The notes under the pieces are model-generated. The model saw nothing but the letters and a program-made list of their open reading frames with translations, was not told the DNA's origin and ran no database searches. DNA of 64,000 nucleotides from Octopus vulgaris (lineage: Eukaryota), in NCBI GenBank assembly GCA_951406725.2, contig OX597825.1:17918001-17982000 (forward strand). The letters run 5' to 3'. Below, piece by piece: positions 1 through 13,016 of this stretch. The position numbers and the translations under genes are program-made. Every line of letters starts with the position of its first letter. Position 1 is the stretch's first letter.

Positions 1-320
<320 letters not shown>

Positions 321-999
321 TATGAGTTCGCCTGCACACGCATGTGTCTCCACATATCAACACATGCTCACTCTAACATTCTGCTCATCTCTTCCTTCGT
401 CATGGTGGTACCGTCGCTGTTCTTCCTCCAATGGCTGTCCATTCATTTATTTAAAATTTTTTTCCCCATCAGATTTTGTTTCTCTTTCTTTCCATTTTAC
501 TTGCCAATATTCGTGATGTTCTTGTTCCTTTTATTCTTGCTTAGTATTTATTTTAATTATTATTTTCTCTTCTCCATCTCCTATTTCTCTAAAAGTTTCT
601 TGTGATTTACCAAATGTTCGCAATCCTTCACTGAACAAACTCAATTTATTCAACATCCAATTAACTAGTGTATACTTAATGGAAATCTCTCTTTCCATTT
701 CTTCATTCTCCGAATTAACACTCTTATCTTCCCTTCAATTTTATAACATACGTGATAGGTGTGTTATTAGTATTGTATGCTTTCTAATGTACTCTCCAGT
801 TTAAGCGACCACGCTACAGATTTATCGTTTCTATTGTTTATTTTTTTTATCTTGAAAACGGATTGCAAACGACTCTCAAACAAACGTATACGCATACGTC
901 TACGCATACATAGTTGAATACATAAGCATGTGTGAGTTTGTGTGTATATATTTATGCATGGCTGTGTATATATACGCATGCACGCAAGGGCATATCTTT

Positions 1000-1410
1000 A
1001 CTCTCTCGTTTACACTTTTACATATTTCAGTCATTTGACGGTGGCCATGCTGCAGCACCGCCTTTAGTCGAGTAAATCGACCCAAGGGACTTATTCTTTG
1101 TTAGCCTAGCACTTATTCTATCAGTCTCTTTTGCCGAACCGCTAAGTTACGGGGACGTAAACACACCAGCATTGGTTGTCAAGCGATGTTGGGGTGTGGC
1201 AAACACAGACAGACAAACGTATACACATACATGCATATATACATATATACGACGGGCTTCTTTTAGTTTCCGTTTATCAAATCCACTCACAAGGCGTTGG
1301 TCGGCCCGAGGCTATAGTAGAAGATTCCTGCCCAAGGTGACACGCACTGGGACTGAACCCGGAACCATGTGATTGGTAAGCAAGCTACTTACTACACAGC
1401 CACTCCTAGA
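1000..1410 (-). mobile_element. tRNA-derived SINE family A, near full length
   Basis: Minus strand begins AGGAGTGGCTGTGTAGTAAG...GGTTCAGTCCC (A/B-box-like), then CCTTGGGCAGG, an internal AT/GT microsatellite and a 3' ...GCATGGCCACCGTCAAATGACTGAAA tail. Near-identical copies at 15460, 18912 and 43777. Confidence 0.9.
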
Positions 1411-1560
1411 CCTATATACATATATATATATATATATATATAGAATATATATAGAATATATATAGAATATAATTAAAGGATGAAATCAGTGAAATTAGTG
1501 AATTCTATCAGTGACCAGCATATAAAAAAATAACCTTTTAGATAAAATTCATATACAGGG

Positions 1561-1812
1561 ATATATAATTGTATAGAATTCAATTATAATTTAGGGCACA
1601 GAAGCAACCATGCCTATATCCTGGAAATAGACGTTAAATAACTCTAAATTATTTTACGAATTTTGGGTCCAGCCATTCTTTTTGATTTCAACCTGTATAT
1701 ATTATAAACTGAAAGTTTTGACTGGCTACGCGTATTTGGCGTGTATTTGCAGCATATAGGCATGGTTGCTTCTGTACCCTTAATGATAATTGTATTCTAC
1801 ACAATCATATAT
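1561..1812. repeat. Inverted-repeat element between microsatellites (probable PLE-derived termini)
   Basis: 1561-1632 (...gggcacagaagcaaccatgcctatat...) is the reverse complement of 1740-1812 (...atataggcatggttgcttctgtaccc...). It is flanked by (AT)n on the left and (ATCT)n on the right. Confidence 0.75.
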
Positions 1813-1817
1813 GTATC

Positions 1818-1940
<123 letters not shown>

Positions 1941-2619
1941 ATCTATCTATTTATCTATCTTTATACATGTATATATGTGTGTTTGTGTGTTTATGCGTAT
2001 ACATATAAAAATATATATGCACTTATACATATGTATATATACATATATATCTATAGCTATCTATCTATCTATCTATATATATATTTATATATATATATAT
2101 ATATATACATATGTATTTATGTATGTATGCATGTATGTATATATATATATATTATATGGGCGTGTGCGTATGTATATATCTATACGTCGTAAATATATAT
2201 ATATATATACACACGCATGCATCACTTTAGTGAATTACGCATACACATTTGAATGTAAGAGTGATCCGAAGATGAACATTCGTAGTTATATGAACATGTG
2301 TGTACATCTATACGTAGGTGCATACATGTGTATACACACAGACACGCACACATACACACACACAACACACATATACACATGAGTATACATGCATGTAAAC
2401 GGTCAACGATATAGGTATAACTTTGCATTAATAAGTGTATGTTTATTGATGTATAATTAATGCATATACATCTCTTAATAAATGGTTAAATCTATGCAAA
2501 TAGCGTCACCGCTATGTATTTGCATAACACTATTTTCTTCAATATTACGATATAAATACAAATATACATGCTAGAAACAGACTAAAAAACACGAAAATAT
2601 ATATAATAGTACATCCTCC

Positions 2620-3215
2620 CTATTCTTAATATTACGAAGACAGCCACCTTAATATGACTTAATAGGACTATAATGATACACGAAGCCAATTCAGACTCAT
2701 ATGCCGCTGGGCATCTAACTTATGTATAAACCTTATTTTGTGAACCCACAGTGGTTCACTGGCTGATAGGAACCAATTTGCTATACAACAACTGTCGTAA
2801 GCTAAAATTGACACGCTTCAATTTGACACATCCATTTGCACGTTTAATAACATGCTTCACTGAAACTTAAACATGACTAGAGTATTGACACGAAACAAAA
2901 TGAAATCTCTCATAACTTTTTATTAAACTTCACCCTGCAAGCAGAAATTTCTCCCTATATCTTTCAATCTTATACTGTCTACGTCCTACGCCACGCCCAA
3001 TATTATTTCATATAGCACCCTTACCCATAAAAGCCAACTCGACAAAATTAAATAAATAAATAGATAAAGTACTGCCTGACGAAGGCTTACGCCGAAACTG
3101 CGAAGACATTGTGAAGGGTTCCTCATAAATTTGAATAATTATGTAGCTTTTCTGAAATCGTTGAGTGATTTTCAACTGAAAGTTAGATTAATTTCTATAT
3201 AACTTGACACAGTAA
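2620..3215 (+). mobile_element. Heavily degraded Penelope-like element 3' remnant with hammerhead-like motif
   Basis: CTGACGA-a-ggc-ttac-gcc-GAAAC at 3077-3099. Upstream there are frameshifted traces resembling PLE endonuclease motifs (RQPP-like, HPFAR-like, KLHP-like). Confidence 0.35.
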
Positions 3216-3698
3216 TACACACACGTACATATATACATACATACCTACATACATGCATATATGCATACTTACTTACATACAGACAGGCATAGAAAATACA
3301 TGAATACATGCACACATAGATGTGTAGGTTTATATGACTATCTATGTATGAGTTTGTGGTGGGGTAAGTATATACATACTTGTGTATGTATATGTCTATG
3401 TGTAATTTCTGTGCATCCCCTTAGAAAATATTTAGGAGTTTGAAATTACATGCTTCTGTAAGAATTCGTTTTATATTCTTCCTAAGAGTTTGTTGTTCAT
3501 TGCAGGCAATGAATGCAATCTTTTATGGATTCTGAAATGAGTGACAGAACAGGTGAATGCGTCTGTGGTATAGCTAAGAATACCTAACTTCAAACCTGAA
3601 ATGTGTGAATATCTTAAAAGATAATTATACCTTAATATTGTTTGCCAGAAAAGCTCATTGAAATGTGGAATAGTCATTGGTGTTGTAAAAAGTAAATT

Positions 3699-3817
3699 GC
3701 TAACGGCCATAGCACATTGAAAGCACCAGTTCTCGTTCGATCACCGAAGGTAAGCAACGTCGAGCCTAGTTAGTACTTAGATGGGAGACCGCTTGCGAAA
3801 CCTAGGTGCTGTAAGCG
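3699..3817 (+). pseudogene. 5S rRNA gene copy, probable retropseudogene
   Basis: GCTAACGGCCATAGCAC...CCAGTTCTCGTTCGATCACCGAAG...GTTAGTACTTAGATGGGAGACCGC...GGTGCTGTAAGC is colinear with metazoan 5S rRNA. It is a single copy with internal-control-region substitutions, no oligo-T terminator and an A-rich 3' flank. Confidence 0.85.
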
Positions 3818-3833
3818 TACAAAAATAAAACTG

Positions 3834-4040
3834 AAGGCGGCGAGCTGGCAGAAACATTAGCACGCCGCTACGTTCTTAGTTCAAATTCCGCCGAGGTCGA
3901 CTTTGCCTTTCATCCTTTCGGGGTCGATTTAATAAGTACCAGTTACGCTCTGGGGTCGATATAATCGACTTAATCCGTTTGTCTGTCCTTGTTTGTCCCC
4001 TCTGTGTTTAGACCCTTGTGGGTAGTAAAGAAATAAGAAA
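3834..4040 (+). mobile_element. tRNA-derived SINE family B with internal deletion
   Basis: AAGGCGGCGAGCTGGCAGAAAC head, GTTCAAATTCC B-box, central GACTTTGCCTTTCATCCTTTCGGGGTCGA domain (Meta-domain-like) and AAAGAAATA tail. Many copies in the window. Confidence 0.9.
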
Positions 4041-4436
4041 TGTTCATTATCTGTCACTGCATAACTTCATCCATACGTTTCTTGAAATCACGGGGAAAAG
4101 TTTGTTGGTGTTTTTTTTTTCACGAAATCCTTAATGTTGTATAAGACAATGGTGGAACCGCTTAGAGTGACCAGGCTGCAGTTGGTACGACTAAAATATT
4201 ATGCAAAACAATAAACATGTAACATCATTGCCTACTTCTGAATGATAAGTATGTTGTTTCCATGTTGTGCTTATTTTACATCCAACACGTGATCACGAAT
4301 AAAATCCCTTGCTATGCAAGTACATCTCCAGAATATTTTGTGATTAACATTTAAAGCACTTAAATATTGAAAAACAAATAGAAATATTAAATTTCTAAAT
4401 AACTCAGAGAGATATAAGCAGTGGTGGAACGATAGG

Positions 4437-4645
4437 GCAGTTGTATATTGTCAACTTAACGTAACTGTCCCATAAAGGGAATCACACCACTGCTATTTAC
4501 CCCTAGGAAACATCAATGCTTCCTGTCGGCCTTGACAGGAAATGTGTCAAGGCCTATAGGAAGCGTTGATGCTTCTTAGGGCTAAGTAGCAGTGGTGTGA
4601 TTCCCTTTTTGGGACTCTCTCGTTAAGTTGACAGTATACAACTGC
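4437..4645. mobile_element. Fold-back (palindromic) element, about 210 bp
   Basis: gcagttgtatattgtcaacttaacg...gggaatcacaccactgcta...ggccttgaca is matched in reverse complement by tgtcaaggcc...tagcagtggtgtgattccc...cgttaagttgacagtatacaactgc. Confidence 0.85.
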
Positions 4646-5864
4646 TCCACTTAAATATCTATGCACTGAAAGAGTACGAACACATTTTACGAGACGTGTA
4701 GAATTTGATGAAACAGTTCCATCAGAAGTAATACCGTTTTCTATTTAAAACAGAAAACCTAATAGTAATTTACCGAGCATATTTGACTTAGCATATTAAC
4801 CAAAATGTTTTCAGAGCGAACAGAATTAAAAATATGTTTTTCTCTATTTAGACATGGCCGAAGTTTACAGAATATTTTCCATCATTTATGCACCTATAGA
4901 ATTTGTTTGGATCAGTGTCTGCTTCATTTACCACCAGCTTTGTTAATTTCGTCATCTTTACTTGGCGCAGAGATTAATAATTTATTAACTGAACTGAAGC
5001 GAATAATTTCTTTCTGTAACGTCCTATCTACCTCACTTACTCACTAATTCAATTTCTATCACTTCCTCCCACTCGTCCCTTCTCTCTTTTCAAACAGGAC
5101 TGCATGCACAAGATTAAGCGATTTGCAACGATGCTTATTCTGTTTACGTTGAATCGTGATCTACCATGTTTGAAAGGTGCTGTTTATTGACAAGTTTGCA
5201 AAACCTTCCTCCTATACAGACATTGGATTCTATTGCATAACACAAGCTGTCGTTTACACCAAATCTACTAATCAATGTTCAGTGTTCTTAGAGAACGGTA
5301 GATTGTGTTAGAATGTGAATGGTAAATATTTGAAGAACGATATTCCATGTACACATCTAATAATACAATCAGAGTCTATCGATTTTCTTTTTGTTTGAAC
5401 TGTGACTTAATTTTCCGTGAGTGACCAAGCGCTTAACTTCCAGAATATTCATTTAAGGCCAGTATATTTCTTACAAGTTATTGATAAATGAATCACTTGC
5501 TTCTCTAACCGATATGTAGATGAAAGTCTCAATTGAAATGTAATGCCGTAGTTTATTTCTACAACCTGTCGGAACACATGCAAATTGTCGGGCTCCCGAT
5601 TCGGTCTATCGTGCAATGGACATACTGAAACTTCATTATAATTTACAGTTTATAAACCTAAGTGTTTCCTACTGAAATAATCAATGCAAAGTCGTACATT
5701 AATTACATTAAAAATGTAATGACTAATTCTGCTTACGCTGCTGACAACGCCATGACCAGCATCACAACCAAACCCACCTAACTCCCACCACACTGCCGCT
5801 ACCACACAACAACACCACCAACATCAACAACAAAAAACAAACGAACAAAAATAACAACAGCAAA

Positions 5865-5928
<64 letters not shown>

Positions 5929-6062
5929 ACTACTAAACTTTAGTATGAAATATCGATCAGTGCCGTGCCCTAAATTTACCGATCCTAATTCTTTCCATTT
6001 TTTATTTATTTTCAACAAGTAGCGATGAACCTAGCAACGGCAGCAGCAGCAGCAGTAGTAAC

Positions 6063-6109
<47 letters not shown>

Positions 6110-6129
6110 CGGCGGTGGTAGTGGTAGTT

Positions 6130-6163
<34 letters not shown>

Positions 6164-6219
6164 CAGCACTAGTAGTAGTAGTAGTAGTAGTAGTGGTGGC
6201 GGCGGTGGTAGTGGTAGTG

Positions 6220-6265
<46 letters not shown>

Positions 6266-6310
6266 TAGTAGTAGTAGTAGGAGGAGGAGGACGAGGAGGA
6301 GGAGGAGGAA
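5865..6310. repeat. Trinucleotide microsatellites (ACT)n/(GCT)n and (AGT)n/(GGA)n
   Basis: Direct reading. Source of the spurious poly-S/V/L/Y ORFs. Confidence 0.95.
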
Positions 6311-6515
6311 GAATAACATTTCAGTGATGTTGTTGGTTGAGCAGCTGACACATGACGGTTCAGATCATGAATCTCCTAAGATAAACGCCTGGTAAAGGAT
6401 TAAAATAATGTGAATATATATGTTGTATATGTGTGTATTTATGTATTTACATGTCTATCTATCCATCTATCTATGTATCTATCTATATCTATATCTATAT
6501 ATCTATCTATCTATA

Positions 6516-6565
<50 letters not shown>

Positions 6566-7208
6566 CACAGCACTGCAGGCACACATACAAATTGATAACA
6601 GAAGTGAAATGTTAAAATAAGTGTATAATACGTTTGTTGATAGTTTTTTGTCAATCTGTGTTAGTTACATAAACGGCGCTACATTGCAGCAACGTCCGTC
6701 ACACGTATAAATTAATATATATACATACACACATACACCCGTGGATATCATTGTGCAGACTATATATCAGAGCATTTCATGGTAAGTCAAAACACCAGAC
6801 TCTGTTATGAAATAGTTTCATTATATCGTTACAGACAATAGATGCGTTTGGTCAGTCTTAATCTATTATCAATCCTAACAATAAGTTTATAGACTGATAC
6901 AGAAAATGATAAATACTATGTAAATGAAACGACAATTTAAAATTGAAGGATCCGTTATATCCAAATAATGTAATTTTTTAAACCTATATCAATTGAATAG
7001 TGGACTTCAACGTATGAATGCATATATGCATGTTAGCGTGTATGTGTTTGTGGATGTATGTGTGCATTTACTCCATAATAGTTACGTAGAACTGTGTGTA
7101 ATGTAGAAAAGTGTCTAAAATATAAGTACTGTAACATATTACGGAGATGTACTTGCATAGCAAGTGACCTAATCTGAGGTCGTGTGCTGTAATGAAAACA
7201 ACTGCATC

Positions 7209-7462
7209 GTAGAGGGTGTTTATAAACCATTTAAGGAACACACAAAAACCGTTAAATTCTCTTCAACATTTAAATTTAATTTATCAAAATATTTTCGTCG
7301 TTTTGAGACCGCGACATGTTCACTGAGATGCAGCACGGAATTTTGTCAGCGAACAGTTCGCGCTCTCAAAGCGACGAAAATATTTTGATAAATTAAATTT
7401 AAATGTTGAAGTGAATCTTACGGTTTTTTGTGTTTCTTAAATGGCTTATAAACACCTTCCAC
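7209..7462. mobile_element. Fold-back element with two back-to-back hammerhead-like motifs (inverted PLE-like termini)
   Basis: Arms of about 115 bp (gggtgtttataaaccattt...tatcaaaatattttcgtcg...cactga and tcagcg...gcgacgaaaatattttgata...aaatggcttataaacacc) surround a spacer of about 19 nt. Confidence 0.85.
7284..7326 (-). ncRNA. Minimal type I hammerhead-like motif with G3-C8 core (GUGAACA)
   Basis: Minus strand reads tca-GTGAACA-t-gtcg..cgac-GAAA-atat-TT-tga. Stems I and II pair and stem III is palindromic. Confidence 0.55.
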
Positions 7463-8887
7463 TGTAACATATTGTTAATTATTTATTGCACATACTGTTA
7501 ACAAATGTTCCAATGTGTTTCTAATTTTTCAATTAAATTGTCGCGTCGTATTTTGTCTCTGGCCAAATTTTTGATGCGTTATTAGCAAGTCCTATTTGTT
7601 GATCGTTCGGTACGATAGACAATAAAGTGCGCTTGGGCTCACAACATAACGTAATAGAAATAGTGCTATTTTCATGGTTAAAACTGGCTAGCGAATCATG
7701 TTAATTATTCGGTTTTCAGAAGCAAGACATTTTACAAAGCATTTGTTGAAGTTATTATCTTAGGTTCCCTGAATATCATATCTTACTGATACCTATACAC
7801 TACCCTAGGATAGATCGACTGTGTGTGTGTATGTGACTGTGTGTGTGTGTGTGCGTATTCATTTGTGCGAATATGTGTGTCGAATATTTTTAATCAACGG
7901 AATACACCGCGCCTTGATTTATAGTTTCAACAGTTACAAATGACACGATATGTAACAGAACTTTTCATTCAATAATCTGTATTTAACACCAAATGAATAC
8001 CAAATGGGAATGGTTGCTTCGGGGTCATAAACAGGAACGTAATCATTTATGACCCCTTATCTGCTAAATTAAATTGTCGATAAAAAATAAAACAAAATGT
8101 CAGTCATTTTTTAATGAATTTCAATAGGTTCTTTCCATGTAAAATAATACAGTATTTTTTTTACTAAAAATACCACTCTTATAGAACAGCACCTGATAGT
8201 CAGAAAGAACATATCTAGGGAACTATATACGTTCTTTTTAGCTACGAAGTGAGATGAGAAAATACACATATAAAGTGAGAAGGGAAAATATACTGAAGCG
8301 TTTGCAGTAAAATCGATACGTTTTTTTAGCCGGAATTTCACCGAGATTATATGCCCGTTACACCCAAGGTCTCGGAATCCTATGCAAGGCTGATATTTTT
8401 GAAGACATATATCACTAATATTTATACATTGCTGCACAAATCAAAAATAGATAAATAAAATAGTACCGTATAATCATTCTTCGTCTTGCAAGTGTATGTT
8501 AACAAGGACCTGAGGCGTAGTTGATGATGAACATTAACTTGCCTCTGGGGTGATGTGCATCTCTGTTTTCCTCTTGTCCGGCTCAAAGTACCGAAATACA
8601 ATTGGGTCTTGGGAGTGATATCATAGATATTGAGTAAGATAGTCATATGTTTATACGACACGTATATGATTGTAAGCTGGCTTAGCGAATCTCCCAAAAG
8701 GTCGTCACGCAATCAGTAAAACATATTTGTGTGAAATAAGCTTGCCGATATCGATACGAAGCCAAATCCAATACAAATATGAAAGTACTAAATCCATTAT
8801 TATTTGATAAACATATTCGTACCGAATTCAAACAAATAAATATATAGACATATCCACAAGTACGTATCCATGTGTATGTACATTATG

Positions 8888-8986
<99 letters not shown>

Positions 8987-9500
8987 GTGCATGTGTATGT
9001 GTTAGTATGCGTTTGGGTATATGCAAAGGAAGTGCATGAATACATAAAGGTATTTAAGCAGGAGCAGCTATGAAAGCGAAGTGCATCGTTCGTACCGCCT
9101 GAATCCATGTTCGATTTCTTTGTATGGTACACAAGGGTAAATACGATCTGCCCTAATCTCACATCGCCCAATATATTATGAATGCAATTTGATGGGAAGA
9201 CACATCACGCAAGTATATCTCTACGCATAAATACATATGTGAATGTACACGCACGTATACACACACAAACACACACACACACGTATGAGTAGAGAAATGA
9301 AAGAAAGATACGCTCAATACATTTGGTAGAAGTTACATATAACAACAATTTTACTTCACAAGGCTTAACATTTCGTTGGCTCGCTGGCCGAATCTATCTA
9401 TCTATCTTCGTGTCTGTCTGTCTGTTTGTATGTGTGTGTATAATTATATATATATATATATATGCACGTGTATAATTATATATATGTATATATATATATA

Positions 9501-9724
9501 TCTTTACTACCCACAAGTGGCTAAACACAGAGGGGACAAACAAGGACAGACAAACGGATTAAGTTGATTACATCGATCCCAGTGCGTAACTGGTACTTAA
9601 TTTATCGACCCCGAAAGGATGAAAGGCAAAGTCGGTCTCGGCGGAATTTGAACTCAGAACGTAGCGGCAGACGAAATACGGCTACGCATTTCGCCCGGCA
9701 TGCTAACGTTTCTGCCAGCTCACC
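9501..9724 (-). mobile_element. SINE family B
   Basis: Reverse complement of the family B sequence at 3834. Confidence 0.9.
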
Positions 9725-11102
9725 GTGTGTGAGTGTATGTGCGTGCATATATATATATATATATATATGCACGCACATACACTCACACACGTACATACAT
9801 ACGTACGTACTTAGGAATGTATGTATGCACATCTATATATTCAGGGAGTCGATAATCTTCCTTATTATTTACAAAAGTATATTGATATCCTCGCCCGAGT
9901 TGCACACACACACACACTCTGTCACTGTGAAGAAAGCAGCATTAAAAATCGTTATACCTCATCACTTTTACAGTGAATCCAATCATATTAATGCAGAGTA
10001 ATACAAGTCAAAGGGCATCGTATTACTTGTAGTCTAAGTGAAAAAAAACTCAATTCTCCCGGCCCTGCTTTCACAAATCTCGGAGCGATGATCAATTGAT
10101 ATTAGTTTAAACTTTTCACCAGGGGGAATCAGATGGTCGTGTTTATACACGAACGCGTTATTGGCAATACTGTTGACAATCAGTATCGCTCTGTTATATC
10201 AACTGGAAATATCGAGGCACACGTATTTATGCAACCTTAGTCCACTGTAAATTAATATCTTACAGAAAGTAACACTAAAAAATATTTTTTCTGAGTGCAA
10301 CTTATAATTGATTATTTGCTATATACAGTGCAAACCTGTGCAATGAAGGAATATATTGGATTGAATCAATATATTGCTCCTAGTGATTATCCAATATCGA
10401 AATAGTTTATATGTTATTGTGTAAAAAGTATACATGTTACAGGGCATTTATTTCACTATTCAACCATTTCACCTCAGCCCCAAATCCAGAGAATATCATA
10501 TCAATAAGTATTGTTTCGTTTATTCAGATGCAAGGTACAATTTTTCATAAAAGCATGAGTGTTTATCGAAAATCCACATCACTACATTTTATTACATACG
10601 CATTCATCATTATCATCAGTAATATCACACTACGACATACTTTCAATAAAACCCACCAATCATATAATTGTTTTTGTTTACAGCTGTTATGAATAAAGTA
10701 CTCAAACATAATTGTACATATATTTCCGAACGGACTGGTAGCTGTTCACTCAAGCAAAAGAAATATTAATATTAATGCAATCTTTTATTTCGTATTTTAT
10801 ATTCATTTTACTTAAAGAGAAGATAAAACTTAAATTCATTTGGTTATGTATTAGTCAATTTTTAATATGTTTTAATTCGCCTAATTCGTGTATGTTGGTA
10901 ATAAAAGAAACTACGCCATCTATGTGAGGATTCCCTTGTAGTTAAGTTTAAAAAAAATAATGTGATTCAATATTAAGAATTAGTTCCTAGTGTTTTGAAT
11001 GTTAGACATCAATATATGCACGAAAACGAGCATATTAAAATAAAAGAAAGTAATGGAAATTGTTGAGTAGGTCTGAATTTTGTGTTAAATATCGAGATTA
11101 CA

Positions 11103-11488
11103 TATTTCATTACTACCCACAAGGGGTTAAACTTAGAGGGGACAAACAAGGACAGACAAAGGGATTAAGTCGATTACATCGACCCTAGTATATATAACTT
11201 GTACTTAATTTATCGACCCCGAAAGGATTAAAGGCAAAGTCGACCATGGCGGAATTTGAACTCAGAACATAAAGACAGACAAAATACCCATTTCTTTACT
11301 GCCCACAAGGGGCTAAAGGCAGAGAGGACAAACAAGGACAGACAAAGGGATTAAGTCTTTTTTATCGACCCCTTTGCGTAACTGGTACTTATTTAATCGA
11401 ACCCGAAAGGATGAAATTGAACGTAACGGCAGACGAAATACCTCTAAGAATTTCGCCCGGCGTGCTTAACGTTTCTGCCAGCTCGGCG
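11103..11488 (-). mobile_element. SINE family B, tandem dimer
   Basis: Two consecutive units of about 185 bp behind one head. Confidence 0.88.
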
Positions 11489-12746
11489 CAGATGTCGCTG
11501 CGATAGGAAATCATGAACACCTCGAAAAACAAAAATTGAACATATATATACTTACTTTAGAAGTTAGTTTGAAAGAAACAGACTGGATTGCTGCTTATGG
11601 CTTATGCCACGAGTAGACTTGTATATGTCCAGCAGTTTTGCAATAATAACGACTGATGTATGAATAAACATATCTATATTTTTACGACATCTATAAATTT
11701 GAATTATCTCAAGCTGATTCCACCCCGTTGGTTTCCTACTCTATAATTTTACATGCTAAATGGCGGCATATTTTCAAAACATGCAAAGACGTAACTTATA
11801 GCCCTTGCAATGAGAAAAATAAAATAAAATAAAAAAACTTCATGGTTATTGAGGTAACGATGCTCAATATCTACCAATTGGTGTCGTCTGCAAGTGAGGT
11901 TGCCTCAAATAAAACTTGACAGATCTCAACAGAATATAGTTTCAAACATGACGTTCCCCAGTAAAATACAGATTGTTTTATATTTAACTGCATTCCGCCG
12001 TGAAAGTATCCGTTCCCTTAGGAGAGTCGGTAAGATAAATGTTCAAATTCTCTGTCAAATTTCATTACCTAAGCTTGACTCGGGTTGAGATTTTAATAAA
12101 ATGTTATTTGTTTAAGTAACTACAGATTTATAGGTGACCCAATTCCTCACGATAGCAAAACGCATTCCTTAATAAATTTAATACAATTGCGTCCATAAAT
12201 GAACAATAATTCATGTTAATACAATTCTTTATGATTGGTAAGTCCGGTAATCGTTACGCCGCAGAATAACTGTAAATTCTGTTCTGATGAGAACAAAGGC
12301 GGTAAATATATATGCAGTTATATACATACATATATACATACATACATAAATACATTAATACATACATACATACACACACACGCACATACACACAGACTAC
12401 ACGTACTTATAGATAAACAATTATACATATTCATGAACACCCCCCCACACACAGACAGACAAACACGCACACATACGAGAATATATATGATTGCTTTACA
12501 CACACACACGCGCACACACATACATATACGTATATCTTGTCTGGTCACTAGATTAATTATTAGAAAGGATTTAACTATTTATTGATAGTCACGTATATTG
12601 GTCTGTTATAGTAGTGTATAGTACTTAGCTGGACACTTAGAATTATAGCCATATATGTGTGTGCCTGATTGTCTGTGTATGTGTATCTGTGTGTGGGCTG
12701 TGTTGTCTGGGTGGTCTGCGTGTATTTGTATACATGAATTCATTCT

Positions 12747-12923
12747 TATTTCTTTACTACCCACAAGGAGCTACACACAGAGGGGACAAACAAGGACAGA
12801 CAAACAGATTAAATCGATCTCAGTGCGTAACTGGTACTTATTTAATCGACCCCGAAAGGATGAAAGGCAAAGTCGACCTCGATGGAATTTGAACTCAGGA
12901 CGTAAAGACAGACGAAATACCGC
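12747..12923 (-). mobile_element. SINE family B, 5'-truncated
   Basis: Family B body lacking the head. tgtatacatgaattcattct occurs on both sides (12727-12746 and 12937-12956). Confidence 0.85.
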
Positions 12924-13016
12924 CTATATGTATACATGTATACATGAATTCATTCTGTCTCTGTTTAACCGCCTATATGTATACATGTATACATGAATTC
13001 ATTCTGTCTCTGTTTA
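12919..13016. repeat. Perfect 49-bp tandem duplication
   Basis: accgcctatatgtatacatgtatacatgaattcattctgtctctgttta occurs twice in a row. Confidence 0.9.

Noticed and set aside
5824-6351. Poly-S/L/V/Y ORFs (also poly-I/N/L at 42252-43047)
   Set aside because: Trinucleotide repeats open in several frames on both strands.
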